A DNA stretch of 64,000 nucleotides from positions 1 through 64,000 of IMG/VR virus record IMGVR_UViG_3300025305_003938. The stretch is one strand, 5' to 3'. This DNA is from a virus. The translations under genes were made by a program, and so were the position numbers. The notes under the pieces were generated by a model, which was not told the DNA's origin, ran no database searches, and saw only the letters and a program-made list of their open reading frames with translations. This document shows, one piece after another, positions 18,037-26,738 of this stretch; position 1 is the stretch's first letter; every line of letters begins with the position of its first letter.

Positions 18037-18246
18037 ATGAAACTCACTAAACAAAGACTTAAAGAGATTATCAAGGAAGAGCTTTTAAGAGAAAGATTCC
18101 TAGATCTCACTGAAACCGCGCGGAAGGAACTGCCGGCAAGAGTACATGCTAAAGCCAAAACACTAGAATCAGAAGGATATCCAAAAGACCAAGCATATGC
18201 GGTTGCTATCAGCATGCTTGGCATCAAAGAGGATGAAGAGAAGTAA
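18037..18246 (+). CDS. MKITK..LKEIIKEEL-leader protein
   Basis: SD GAGGAG; MKLTKQRLKEIIKEEL. Confidence 0.8.
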   Translation: MKLTKQRLKEIIKEELLRERFLDLTETARKELPARVHAKAKTLESEGYPKDQAYAVAISMLGIKEDEEK

Positions 18247-18249
18247 GTT

Positions 18250-18606
18250 ATGAAAATTTCAATAAAGAAATTAAGAGAAATAGTCAAAGAAGAACTCTTC
18301 TATAGAGAGTTTTATCGCAATGGTGAAGAAATAGTAGAAGCTGATCAAGAGCGCGTACGAGCTGATCTTGAAAGGCGCCCGGGCGAAGATAGGGTCCCCA
18401 ACGGAAGAGCGGTAAGAGTGGCACTCCAACGTCGACTCGGGGCGAGCATACAGTCTCTGGGTGGTGATTTAGACAAGGCTAGTAAGATATTAGAAGGGAT
18501 CACGGCCGCAAACAGTGACCCAACCGACAGAGGTTTCGATTCAGCTTTAAATTCCATTGTTGAAGTATTAGAGAGCTTAAGTCATCAAACTCACGGAGAA
18601 GAATAA
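18250..18606 (+). CDS. MKITK..LKEIIKEEL-leader protein
   Basis: MKISIKKLREIVKEEL. Confidence 0.8.
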   Translation: MKISIKKLREIVKEELFYREFYRNGEEIVEADQERVRADLERRPGEDRVPNGRAVRVALQRRLGASIQSLGGDLDKASKILEGITAANSDPTDRGFDSALNSIVEVLESLSHQTHGEE

Positions 18607-18607
18607 A

Positions 18608-19075
18608 ATGAAAACTACAAAATCAAGATTATTACAATTAATTAAAGAAGAACTTGAAGTTGTTCTCACGAACGACGAAGCTGTTGAATTGTTTGGCAAT
18701 GATGTCAAAGAACAAATCAACGAGTTTAATGGCGGAATTATGAGCGCAGATGATGTTCCTTTTGTTCCCCTCCGACAGTCTCCCAGCGGCGAGCTTGAAG
18801 ATCAGCGTATCCCGGCCGATGATTTATACGATGCCGTCTTCGATGCTAGATTAGCCACAGACGACGCTGTGCGCCTCTTGAACAACCCTGAATACGATGA
18901 TGTATACGAGATGGTCCAGCAAGCGTTCAACGGCCTAGGAAACGCGCTGAACGCCCTCATAGAGCACGGCGCTCAGCCGCCGCAGAACAAGAGAGTTGTT
19001 GCACAGGCGCCGGGTGGTAAAGAAGACTCCGAAATGCGTAAGCTTTCACACATTGGCGAAGAAAACAAAAAATAA
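18608..19075 (+). CDS. MKITK..LKEIIKEEL-leader protein
   Basis: MKTTKSRLLQLIKEEL. Confidence 0.8.
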   Translation: MKTTKSRLLQLIKEELEVVLTNDEAVELFGNDVKEQINEFNGGIMSADDVPFVPLRQSPSGELEDQRIPADDLYDAVFDARLATDDAVRLLNNPEYDDVYEMVQQAFNGLGNALNALIEHGAQPPQNKRVVAQAPGGKEDSEMRKLSHIGEENKK

Positions 19076-19235
19076 TTCATCCTCTTTGATTAAATCAATT
19101 TAACCAATGAAATCATTCGTTTCTGAACATTATGTATTTGTTATTATTTTTATCTCCTTTCTCCTTTCTATAATTTTATTTCCTGAAGACAAAAGCGACC
19201 ATAGTTAAACTAACAGCCTAGGAGGGCTATGGTGT

Positions 19236-19502
19236 ATGTCGCGACGGAGAATAGTATATCCTTCTAGGATTAAAATAGGGGACGTTGTTACAGATGTCGC
19301 CTCTGCTTATTTGGGCCTTCCAGAAAAAGTTGGAATAGCCATCGAAAGAAAAATAAAAAATAAAGTTAACTACTTCCATGTCGTATGGATAGGATATACT
19401 AACGACGAAAAGAGCGAAGGGCATGTTTTGGAGCAGCCGGCAGAATCAGAATGGATGCCAGAATCTGCATTAGAAGTGCTCGTTTCAGCAATTAACGAAT
19501 AG
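19236..19502 (+). CDS. small SH3/KOW-like protein
   Basis: IKIGDVV...VGIAIE...VVW. Confidence 0.7.
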   Translation: MSRRRIVYPSRIKIGDVVTDVASAYLGLPEKVGIAIERKIKNKVNYFHVVWIGYTNDEKSEGHVLEQPAESEWMPESALEVLVSAINE

Positions 19503-19520
19503 TTAGTATAGGGCCCTTTC

Positions 19521-19685
19521 ATGAATGGACTGTATGATTTTATAATCGAATACCTGAAAAGGAAAGAGGAAGAACAAAAGAGACTTCCTATTCAAATCCC
19601 AATTCCCAAACAGCCTATGGAGCAAATAAGGGAAGAGGAGAAGAAAACGCCCTCTGATAGAGGGGTGATAGTAATTGATATGTGA
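19521..19685 (+). CDS. small Pro/Glu-rich hypothetical protein
   Basis: MNGLYDFIIEYLKRKEE...RGVIVIDM*; 54 aa translated by hand. Confidence 0.7.
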   Translation: MNGLYDFIIEYLKRKEEEQKRLPIQIPIPKQPMEQIREEEKKTPSDRGVIVIDM

Positions 19686-20025
19686 ATTTAAAAATTCTAT
19701 TAAAAATATTCAAATATTATTAAAAGTATTAGTAATACTTGCACTTTTAGATTTAATAGCAACGATATATTGGGTTGCAGCTGGGCTGGCTACTGAGGCT
19801 AATCCCATCATGAACTTCTTTTTGCAGTATTCCTTCTATTCTTTCGCCATGGCAAAATTATCTCTCTCGTTCACAGGAATTTTCACTTTGAATCTTCTAA
19901 AAGAGAAAAGGCAAACACTTATTTTCAGTCTATCGGCAATGCTGGTTATCGTTTATCTCGGTGTTGTTGCATGGCATACGTATGGCTTAGTACTGCTGCT
20001 AATTTTTAACAATGGCCTTATCTAA
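19675..20025 (+). CDS. DUF5658-like membrane protein
   Basis: LLDLIAT...EANPIM; three TM helices; start uncertain. Confidence 0.7.
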   Translation: MICEFKNSIKNIQILLKVLVILALLDLIATIYWVAAGLATEANPIMNFFLQYSFYSFAMAKLSLSFTGIFTLNLLKEKRQTLIFSLSAMLVIVYLGVVAWHTYGLVLLLIFNNGLI

Positions 20026-20048
20026 TATTAAAAACTAATTACCGTGTT

Positions 20049-20300
20049 ATGTTTGATTTCAATCACTTAAGAGATAATGGGTCTTCCTATCGCCAACATG
20101 GCCGTTTTGCTATGTTTGTGGCACTGAGAATGTTGGCAGCTTCCCTATTACTAATGGTTCACTCGGTTTTACCGTTCGTGATGATGCCAAAAGGCCTGAG
20201 TATAAAGGGTATGTCCGACTTCTTGTTCGATAAACACTCAGAAAGCTACGAAAGAGCAGAAAGATCCAAGAAAAGAGTGAGGAATTCGAATGAACTATAA
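20049..20300 (+). CDS. DUF6356-like small protein
   Basis: HL...SY.QH.RFA...VHSVLPF. Confidence 0.7.
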   Translation: MFDFNHLRDNGSSYRQHGRFAMFVALRMLAASLLLMVHSVLPFVMMPKGLSIKGMSDFLFDKHSESYERAERSKKRVRNSNEL

Positions 20301-21231
20301 AATTATTAATAATTCTACTGCTAATTTGTACCATATTGAGCAAGTTGTTGACCATTTCTTTCCATATTCTCAAAAAAGACTCAAATTCGATAAGCCCGTA
20401 ACTATAAGCTTCGAATCTGACGTAGAGAACGCACAAAAAATGCTTGGAAAAACAGCATATTACGACCCAGAAGGGTATTCATTGGCATTATATGTCGACG
20501 ATAGGCACCCAAAGGACATTTTACGGTCATTATCCCACGAATTGGTACACCATGCTCAGAATTGTCGCGGTGAATTCGCAAAGAGTGGAGATATGGGCCC
20601 CGGATATGCTCAAAAGGACCCCCATATGCGCGATATGGAGCTAGAAGCATATACTGAAGGAAATATTATCTTTAGGGACTTCGAAGACCTAATTAAAGTA
20701 GGAAAAATTAATATAAAAATTGATTTTGATGAAGGAGAAAAGCAAATGTCGCTTAAAGAGTGGAAAAACAACGAAATTAACAGTTTATTACTAGAAAAGT
20801 GGGGAATTGGCAAAAAAGAGGCCGAAACTACCACCGAGAACGAAGAGCTTGAGAAAGCTGAAGTCGAAGAGAGCGCACAGGGTGTAGAGCGCGCGCTGGA
20901 CACTCCGGCGGCTGATAATGCACAAGCATTGGTTGCTAAACAGCTTCAAGGCCTTTCCGACGAGGATAAAGCAGCTGCAATATTGGATATTTTGCAAAAT
21001 CATGGAGTATCTGCAGACGATCTAGTCAATTCCTTGGCAAGACTCAGAAGAGCTAGTGCAGAGGTCGAACCAGCAGCAGCGCCGGCTGAGCCAGCCCAAG
21101 GTGGCCGGCCAACGCCTAGGCGTCATCGGGGCCGCGGGCCCGAAGTCCGCGGACTGAGGTTTGAAGAGAGTAACATTAATGAGTTAGTCGATAAGATTGT
21201 TGAAAAATTACAAAACACGGAGGAAAAGTAA
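20290..21231 (+). CDS. HExxH zinc metallopeptidase-like protein with C-terminal virion-type region
   Basis: SLSHELVHHAQ...MELEAY; internal SD + ATG at 20746. Confidence 0.75.
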   Translation: MNYKIINNSTANLYHIEQVVDHFFPYSQKRLKFDKPVTISFESDVENAQKMLGKTAYYDPEGYSLALYVDDRHPKDILRSLSHELVHHAQNCRGEFAKSGDMGPGYAQKDPHMRDMELEAYTEGNIIFRDFEDLIKVGKINIKIDFDEGEKQMSLKEWKNNEINSLLLEKWGIGKKEAETTTENEELEKAEVEESAQGVERALDTPAADNAQALVAKQLQGLSDEDKAAAILDILQNHGVSADDLVNSLARLRRASAEVEPAAAPAEPAQGGRPTPRRHRGRGPEVRGLRFEESNINELVDKIVEKLQNTEEK

Positions 21232-21232
21232 G

Positions 21233-21622
21233 ATGGCATCGCCAAAGAAAAAGAAATTAGCTAGAGCACGAAGAAGACTAGAAGCCGAACGTGCTGCCGC
21301 AGCAGCGACGACAGAGGTTGTCACTGCAGCTGCAACAGAAACAGTTGCCACCACAGCAGATACTACTACTGAGACTTCAACTACTACAGAAGCCACAGAG
21401 ACTGTTACTACAGAAACCGCAGAAACCGCCGCCACTACGGGCGCCGTTGCAACAGCGACTGCGACTGTAGAAGATGCTGCTACCGTAGCTGCTGTTACTG
21501 AAACTGCGAAAGCAACTGTAACAACTGCTGCAACCGAAGAAGCAACCACTACTTCGAAAGCAACAACTACCGCAAAGTCGACTTCGAAAAGTACAGCAAA
21601 GAGAACAAGAAAAACGTCTTAA
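21233..21622 (+). CDS. Thr/Ala-rich low-complexity protein with basic termini
   Basis: SD GGAGG; composition. Confidence 0.75.
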   Translation: MASPKKKKLARARRRLEAERAAAAATTEVVTAAATETVATTADTTTETSTTTEATETVTTETAETAATTGAVATATATVEDAATVAAVTETAKATVTTAATEEATTTSKATTTAKSTSKSTAKRTRKTS

Positions 21623-21628
21623 TTTAAA

Positions 21629-21877
21629 ATGGACTTCGCATCACTTACAAGACGGTTTTTAATGAATGAAACCAAAGAGCCGGGTATACAGAGTTATATC
21701 CTAGCTCTCGGTGAAATTATCCATAATGTAAAACCAGGGACTCAAAGAGACTCCCGCCGTCTTGAAGTGGCTAAGACCCACCTAAGAGAGATAAAACGCC
21801 ACACAAAGCGGCTACAGGAGCGTGTGAACGTCCTAGAAGAGCGTGTTAACGTCTTAGAAGAACAAAAAGGAGACTAA
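21629..21877 (+). CDS. coiled-coil hypothetical protein
   Basis: ERVNVLE tandem repeat. Confidence 0.7.
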   Translation: MDFASLTRRFLMNETKEPGIQSYILALGEIIHNVKPGTQRDSRRLEVAKTHLREIKRHTKRLQERVNVLEERVNVLEEQKGD

Positions 21878-21879
21878 TC

Positions 21880-23889
21880 ATGGGCGTGACCCACATGATG
21901 CATCCGTTTGATCTACCCAATGTCAAAACGGGAAAAGACTTATTAAACTTTTTTCAAGACGCAAGTCGGTGGCTTAAAGAGAACTCCGCTGCATTGAAAA
22001 TTGATGGTACTAATATACCCGTTAAGCTAATCGATGGCGACTTCGGAAAACAATTCGCTGGTGATCGTGGCTCTCTCCATCATGCAGATGTGGCCGGCCT
22101 AACAAGTAAGAATGTAGCTACAAGATTCAGAGAAGGACATGGGTTTATAGAAACCATACCTGCCGTAGCTGCGGTTTTTGACGCGGCACTTCCCAACATT
22201 GAAAAAGAATTAGAAGCACTTGGAATGATGGATGATCCATCAATTTACTTAAATACCGAATACGTACCCGCTTCCGGAAAAGGAAATGTCATACAATACG
22301 GAGATCAAGAAGAGGGTGAAGAGTCAGTCAACACAATTGCAATTCATAACTTAAGCCAGTTTTATGCTAAAACAAGCAAAATTAAAGGCAAAGCTGTTCG
22401 GCCGGGCTTACCTAGGCCGATTGATCCGATAACAAAGCGCGCAACGACCACAGATGCTGCAACTGAAATTCCATACGATGAGGGTGTTATGAAAAGCCTC
22501 ATTGCAAAGATGAACGCAACACTACAGAAACAAGAGTTGCCCTTTAAGGTTTTCGGAAGTGTGCCAACACACAAACTAAAGGCAGATATTAACTTAAGTG
22601 AAGTTTTAGAATCTCCTGTCTCAATATTATTAGACGAAGAAGTTACCACCAAATCTCTTGGAGAATGGCTAGCTCATGCTGTTAACCCAAAGCGAGAAAC
22701 CATGGAGCTGAGTAACGGTAATGTAGTGGCAGCTGTACATAAAGAAATATACCAACGTATTATTCCGGAAGATCCCAGTAACGCCTTGGCAGTAGCAAAG
22801 CTTCTTGCGAATCCCGAAAGAGACTATAAGAAGGCAATCGATGGGGCTATATTCTATCACGCGACCAGATTACTCGGACAAGCTGTATTGGATCCTCTCG
22901 ATAGTGAACTTGGTTCTGTCATGGATCATGAAGGCATTGTGCTCCGCGATAAGACTTTTGGGCCCAATCCGGTTAAGATTACTGGCAATTTCATATTGGG
23001 TGGCCTCGTGTCTTCATTCAAGCGCAACGAATCTTTAACCGAAGAGGACGATTCGCCGGTTGGTGAGAGTTCTGTTGTTTTCATTCCGGGCGGTTTCAAA
23101 CCTCCACACAAAGGGCACGTATATCTCATAAAGAAGGCCATTGAACTAGCAAAAGACTCAAAACCTTACATAGTTACAGGAGAAACTTCAAGAGATGGTA
23201 TAACATTAGATCAATCTAAACGTATACTTGACCTTTACCTTAAAAATGAGGATGTTGCCGTAGGTTTTTCGCGTGATGAAGTAGATATCTTGTTTGTTCC
23301 TGAAACCGGAGTACCAAAGCTTGATGCCGAAGGTCGCGAAATGCTTAGGAAAGATGGCCAACCAATAATAACAAACAGTCCCCTTCAAGTAATTTATAAC
23401 AAATCGATGGAACTACCTCCAGACACAACAGTTTTTATTGCTTCAAGTGCGGCTGATCCCGGACATGCGTCTGTTGGGACTTCAATTAAGGATTCTAGGG
23501 AAGATCTAGATGTTAGACCATTAATCATCCAGATTCCAGAAGAGTACATGGATGCCAAGACGGGACAGAAACTAAGCGCCACAGTGTTAAGAAAAGCTAT
23601 TAAAAACAGTGATTTTGAGAGATTTAAGGACTTCGTGCCTGAAGCTTCTTTGAAAAGCGCTGGCTTTGTATTCCATGAGGTGCTAGGTGCCGGATTTCCA
23701 TCGAATGCGGCCGATAACCCATTTGAAATCTCAGATGTTGGTCATTCTATTGAACATGACGAAGAGCTAGAAGAGATGAGCGTGTCTACTGGAGTTGGTG
23801 CTATGGGTCATATGGGGACATCAAGAAAAAGAAAGAAGCAGTTAAAAGAACTATTTATTAATGATGTTCTAGACTATTTAATAAGATAG
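21880..23889 (+). CDS. fusion: ATP-dependent ligase-like (KxDG) domain + HIGH-family nucleotidylyltransferase
   Basis: KIDG, EGIVLR, VKIT; PGGFKPPHKGH, LSATVLRK. Confidence 0.75.
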   Translation: MGVTHMMHPFDLPNVKTGKDLLNFFQDASRWLKENSAALKIDGTNIPVKLIDGDFGKQFAGDRGSLHHADVAGLTSKNVATRFREGHGFIETIPAVAAVFDAALPNIEKELEALGMMDDPSIYLNTEYVPASGKGNVIQYGDQEEGEESVNTIAIHNLSQFYAKTSKIKGKAVRPGLPRPIDPITKRATTTDAATEIPYDEGVMKSLIAKMNATLQKQELPFKVFGSVPTHKLKADINLSEVLESPVSILLDEEVTTKSLGEWLAHAVNPKRETMELSNGNVVAAVHKEIYQRIIPEDPSNALAVAKLLANPERDYKKAIDGAIFYHATRLLGQAVLDPLDSELGSVMDHEGIVLRDKTFGPNPVKITGNFILGGLVSSFKRNESLTEEDDSPVGESSVVFIPGGFKPPHKGHVYLIKKAIELAKDSKPYIVTGETSRDGITLDQSKRILDLYLKNEDVAVGFSRDEVDILFVPETGVPKLDAEGREMLRKDGQPIITNSPLQVIYNKSMELPPDTTVFIASSAADPGHASVGTSIKDSREDLDVRPLIIQIPEEYMDAKTGQKLSATVLRKAIKNSDFERFKDFVPEASLKSAGFVFHEVLGAGFPSNAADNPFEISDVGHSIEHDEELEEMSVSTGVGAMGHMGTSRKRKKQLKELFINDVLDYLIR

Positions 23890-23902
23890 AGGATTTTACT
23901 AT

Positions 23903-24799
23903 ATGTCAATTGAAAGAGAAACATTCATAAAAGAACTTGAACTTCGCGAAAACATTCGCCGAGCAGTTCGAATCGTTAAAGCCAACAAGATACAGGCGAT
24001 TAACGAGCAAAAAGCTCAAGAGCAGCATCTTCGCACCTTGATCAACAGAACAATAACGGAGCAGAAATTAACAGATATCGATTCTGTGTTCTCTTTCCTC
24101 TTCGAACAGGAGCAAGTCGACCCAGACGAAGCGCCACACCGTTCGACTGCAATCAACAAGCTAGAAACGCTTCTCAAGGCTATCATAGACAAGCTAGAGG
24201 ACGGATATAAATCTCTAACAACTGCGCCAGAGCAGCGAGAGTCATACAGAGCCCATATTGTCAATGGTGTAGTAAACGCCTTATCGGTAGTTGATTCTAA
24301 GGATGAGAAGCAGCATGGGGGCGGAAAAACTCCTATAGTTCCTGTGACCGAAGAAGTCGGCGTTGATATCGGAACGGAGCCAGAAGAAGATGAAGCTTTT
24401 CTTGCAGTCCGAGATGTAGATAAACAGAAATTAGAAGACCCGGATCCGGAAATAGAAAAAGCTGCAAATTTCGGGATCGAAGGTATGGATGAGACCGGCC
24501 GCGATTTCGCCATTGAGGCGTTCGATGAAATTGATTCGCAGATTGTCAATGTTTATTCAAAGCTTCGAAATACTGCCGATAAAAAAGAATTTCAAGATTA
24601 TCTAGTAACGAACCTCAAGTTGCATTTTGATATTTTTGAGAAGGAGCTGGACGCTAAGATAGCCGAGCCTACAACTCCGGAATATGAAAGGGAGCAGGAT
24701 GCCAACGCGGCAGGGATGGAAGAACCTCCCATGGCCGAAGAAGATATCAGCCTAGATCTCAACGAAATTAAGCAATGGCTCAAAAGTCAAAAAAGATAA
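23903..24799 (+). CDS. acidic hypothetical protein, probable virion internal protein
   Basis: SD GAGGA; many I/L-x-E sites. Confidence 0.75.
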   Translation: MSIERETFIKELELRENIRRAVRIVKANKIQAINEQKAQEQHLRTLINRTITEQKLTDIDSVFSFLFEQEQVDPDEAPHRSTAINKLETLLKAIIDKLEDGYKSLTTAPEQRESYRAHIVNGVVNALSVVDSKDEKQHGGGKTPIVPVTEEVGVDIGTEPEEDEAFLAVRDVDKQKLEDPDPEIEKAANFGIEGMDETGRDFAIEAFDEIDSQIVNVYSKLRNTADKKEFQDYLVTNLKLHFDIFEKELDAKIAEPTTPEYEREQDANAAGMEEPPMAEEDISLDLNEIKQWLKSQKR

Positions 24800-25140
24800 G
24801 AGGCAAGAACCAATCTCATAGTATTTCTAGAAAGTTACGACTAGAGAGAAAGTCCTCAGACGAATTCGAAGTGATGCTGAACTCCTTAACTCTGGAGGAA
24901 ATTGTCGGACTTAAGTTAGAGTTGGCATCAAAAGCAGTCAAAGGCAAGATGTATGGAATCCCTCTCTGGAGTAAACTTCCGGAAATAGCCCGGGACGCAG
25001 CATTTAAATATGCGGCCTCTGCCACGAAATCCAAGTCTGAAGCTGCAAAGTTCTTAGGTATCAGTGTCTTAAGGTATAACAAGTTATATTATCGTTATAC
25101 AATTGATGAGTATTTTACTGAGAATAAAGAGGATTTGTGA
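24775..25140 (+). CDS. Fis-like HTH protein
   Basis: KSEAAKFLGIS HTH motif. Confidence 0.65.
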   Translation: MAQKSKKIRGKNQSHSISRKLRLERKSSDEFEVMLNSLTLEEIVGLKLELASKAVKGKMYGIPLWSKLPEIARDAAFKYAASATKSKSEAAKFLGISVLRYNKLYYRYTIDEYFTENKEDL

Positions 25141-25229
25141 TGTCAGGGTCTCAGGAAGAGGATATAGTGGATAATTATCTTGATATCAATACTAATTGGT
25201 GTTATAATTAAAGCTAATAACTAAAAGAA

Positions 25230-25547
25230 GGGGGTGACTAGGTATCGACAGGGTATAAAATATTGAATGGTGCAAGCTGTGCAACTACTGAATATAACAC
25301 ATAAAACTTAATTCAGAACTATAATAACTGCCAATAACGCAGATTACGATCTAGCCTTAACCGCTTAATCCTTGGTTGCTCTTCATACCAAGTGTCCAAG
25401 AAGAGTCTAATAAATAAAACGTTTGTTTTTTAGTTTTTGTCGGATTGAAAAAAAGCTAAAACAATTGCCACATTGTGGCCAAGCTTGTGAATGACCTGAA
25501 AATATGTATATTTCTGGACGACGGTGCAAGTCCGTCCACCTCCACCA
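25230..25547 (+). ncRNA. ssrA: tmRNA; tag ANNADYDLALTA* at 25330-25368
   Basis: 5' GGGGGTGACTAGGTATCGAC; 3' GACGGTGCAAGTCCGTCCACCTCCACCA with G3.U70; ATAACTG|GCC-type resume context. Confidence 0.93.
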
Positions 25548-25592
25548 TATTAAAAGGCGTTTCCACCTTTCATAGACTACTTACTATGGAGG

Positions 25593-26141
25593 GTGGATAT
25601 GTCCAAAATTACATTAACCTGTCCTATATGTGGGATGCATTTTGATAGAAACAAAAAAGAATATAATAGAAGTCAAAGGGTTGGCCGGCCAAGTTATTGT
25701 TCTAGATCTTGTTCTGGTAAGGCCAATATTCAAAGTTTAGGACGCTATGTTGGCGACGACAGCCAGCTTCGGCTTCATGGATATAAACGAAAAGCAGATG
25801 AGTTTTCTAAATTTAGATATTTTTTAAGACGTATAAAATCTAGAGATTATAAAAAAGGTAAAAGCGATATTGACTTACCCTATCTCAAAGAGTTATGGGT
25901 AAGTCAAGAAGGTAAGTGCCCTTTTACCGGATGGGATCTCATCCTTCCAAATAACTCATCGAAACGAAATGATAGATCCGCAATGAGAGCATCTATAGAT
26001 AGAATTGATAACAATAAAGGTTATATAAAAGGAAATATTCGTTATGTAGCTGTGATGGCTAACTACTGCCGAAATTCTTTTTCTGATGATGAAGTTAAGA
26101 TGTTTTGCGAAGCAGTTGTAAGAAATAGAAATATATTATGA
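25593..26141 (+). CDS. HNH-type homing endonuclease with N-terminal zinc finger
   Basis: CPICG...YCSRSC; CPFTG...ASIDRIDNNKGYIKGNIR....N. Confidence 0.8.
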   Translation: MDMSKITLTCPICGMHFDRNKKEYNRSQRVGRPSYCSRSCSGKANIQSLGRYVGDDSQLRLHGYKRKADEFSKFRYFLRRIKSRDYKKGKSDIDLPYLKELWVSQEGKCPFTGWDLILPNNSSKRNDRSAMRASIDRIDNNKGYIKGNIRYVAVMANYCRNSFSDDEVKMFCEAVVRNRNIL

Positions 26142-26689
26142 AGAAGATCTTATTATATATAATATTAATATTAATAATACCTAATACTATATTAGCTGGT
26201 AATTTAATTACTAACTTTTCTAGAATTCATGCAATAGACTCTCAGCCATATAAAATTGGTAAATGGATCGATATTCCTCAGATTGTTGTTTGCAGTACTG
26301 CTCCCATCACCCTAGAAGGTGTAAAGGCCGCAATCGATTGGTGGACTAAAAGGGGTCACAAACTTAATAAAAATATTATATTTAAGAATAAAGAAGCTGA
26401 TATTATATGTAATGAAGCTACTCCTATAGGTTATATAACAATTGATATAGGAGATGAGAATACATTACAAAAAGACACCTCTCTGGGCACTTCATATGTC
26501 TCAGTATTAGATCCAATTGGTGAAATCGTATGGACCAGAATATATCTTAAATTTACTCCCAATCCAATGGTCTTAGAACATGAACTAGGTCATGGTTTGG
26601 GATTTCTTCATTATAATAAAGTTGGCCATTTGATGCATGAGAAGTGGGCTGAAAGCGGCTGGTCTGATATAGGCTTAAATTTAAAATAA
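26138..26689 (+). CDS. secreted metzincin (matrixin-like) metallopeptidase
   Basis: Signal peptide; HELGHGLGFLH + Met-turn HLM. Confidence 0.85.
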   Translation: MKKILLYIILILIIPNTILAGNLITNFSRIHAIDSQPYKIGKWIDIPQIVVCSTAPITLEGVKAAIDWWTKRGHKLNKNIIFKNKEADIICNEATPIGYITIDIGDENTLQKDTSLGTSYVSVLDPIGEIVWTRIYLKFTPNPMVLEHELGHGLGFLHYNKVGHLMHEKWAESGWSDIGLNLK

Positions 26690-26738
26690 TTTGTGGGCTG
26701 CATAACTCGACACTAGTTAGCTGTGGAGGGCGCCCCAC

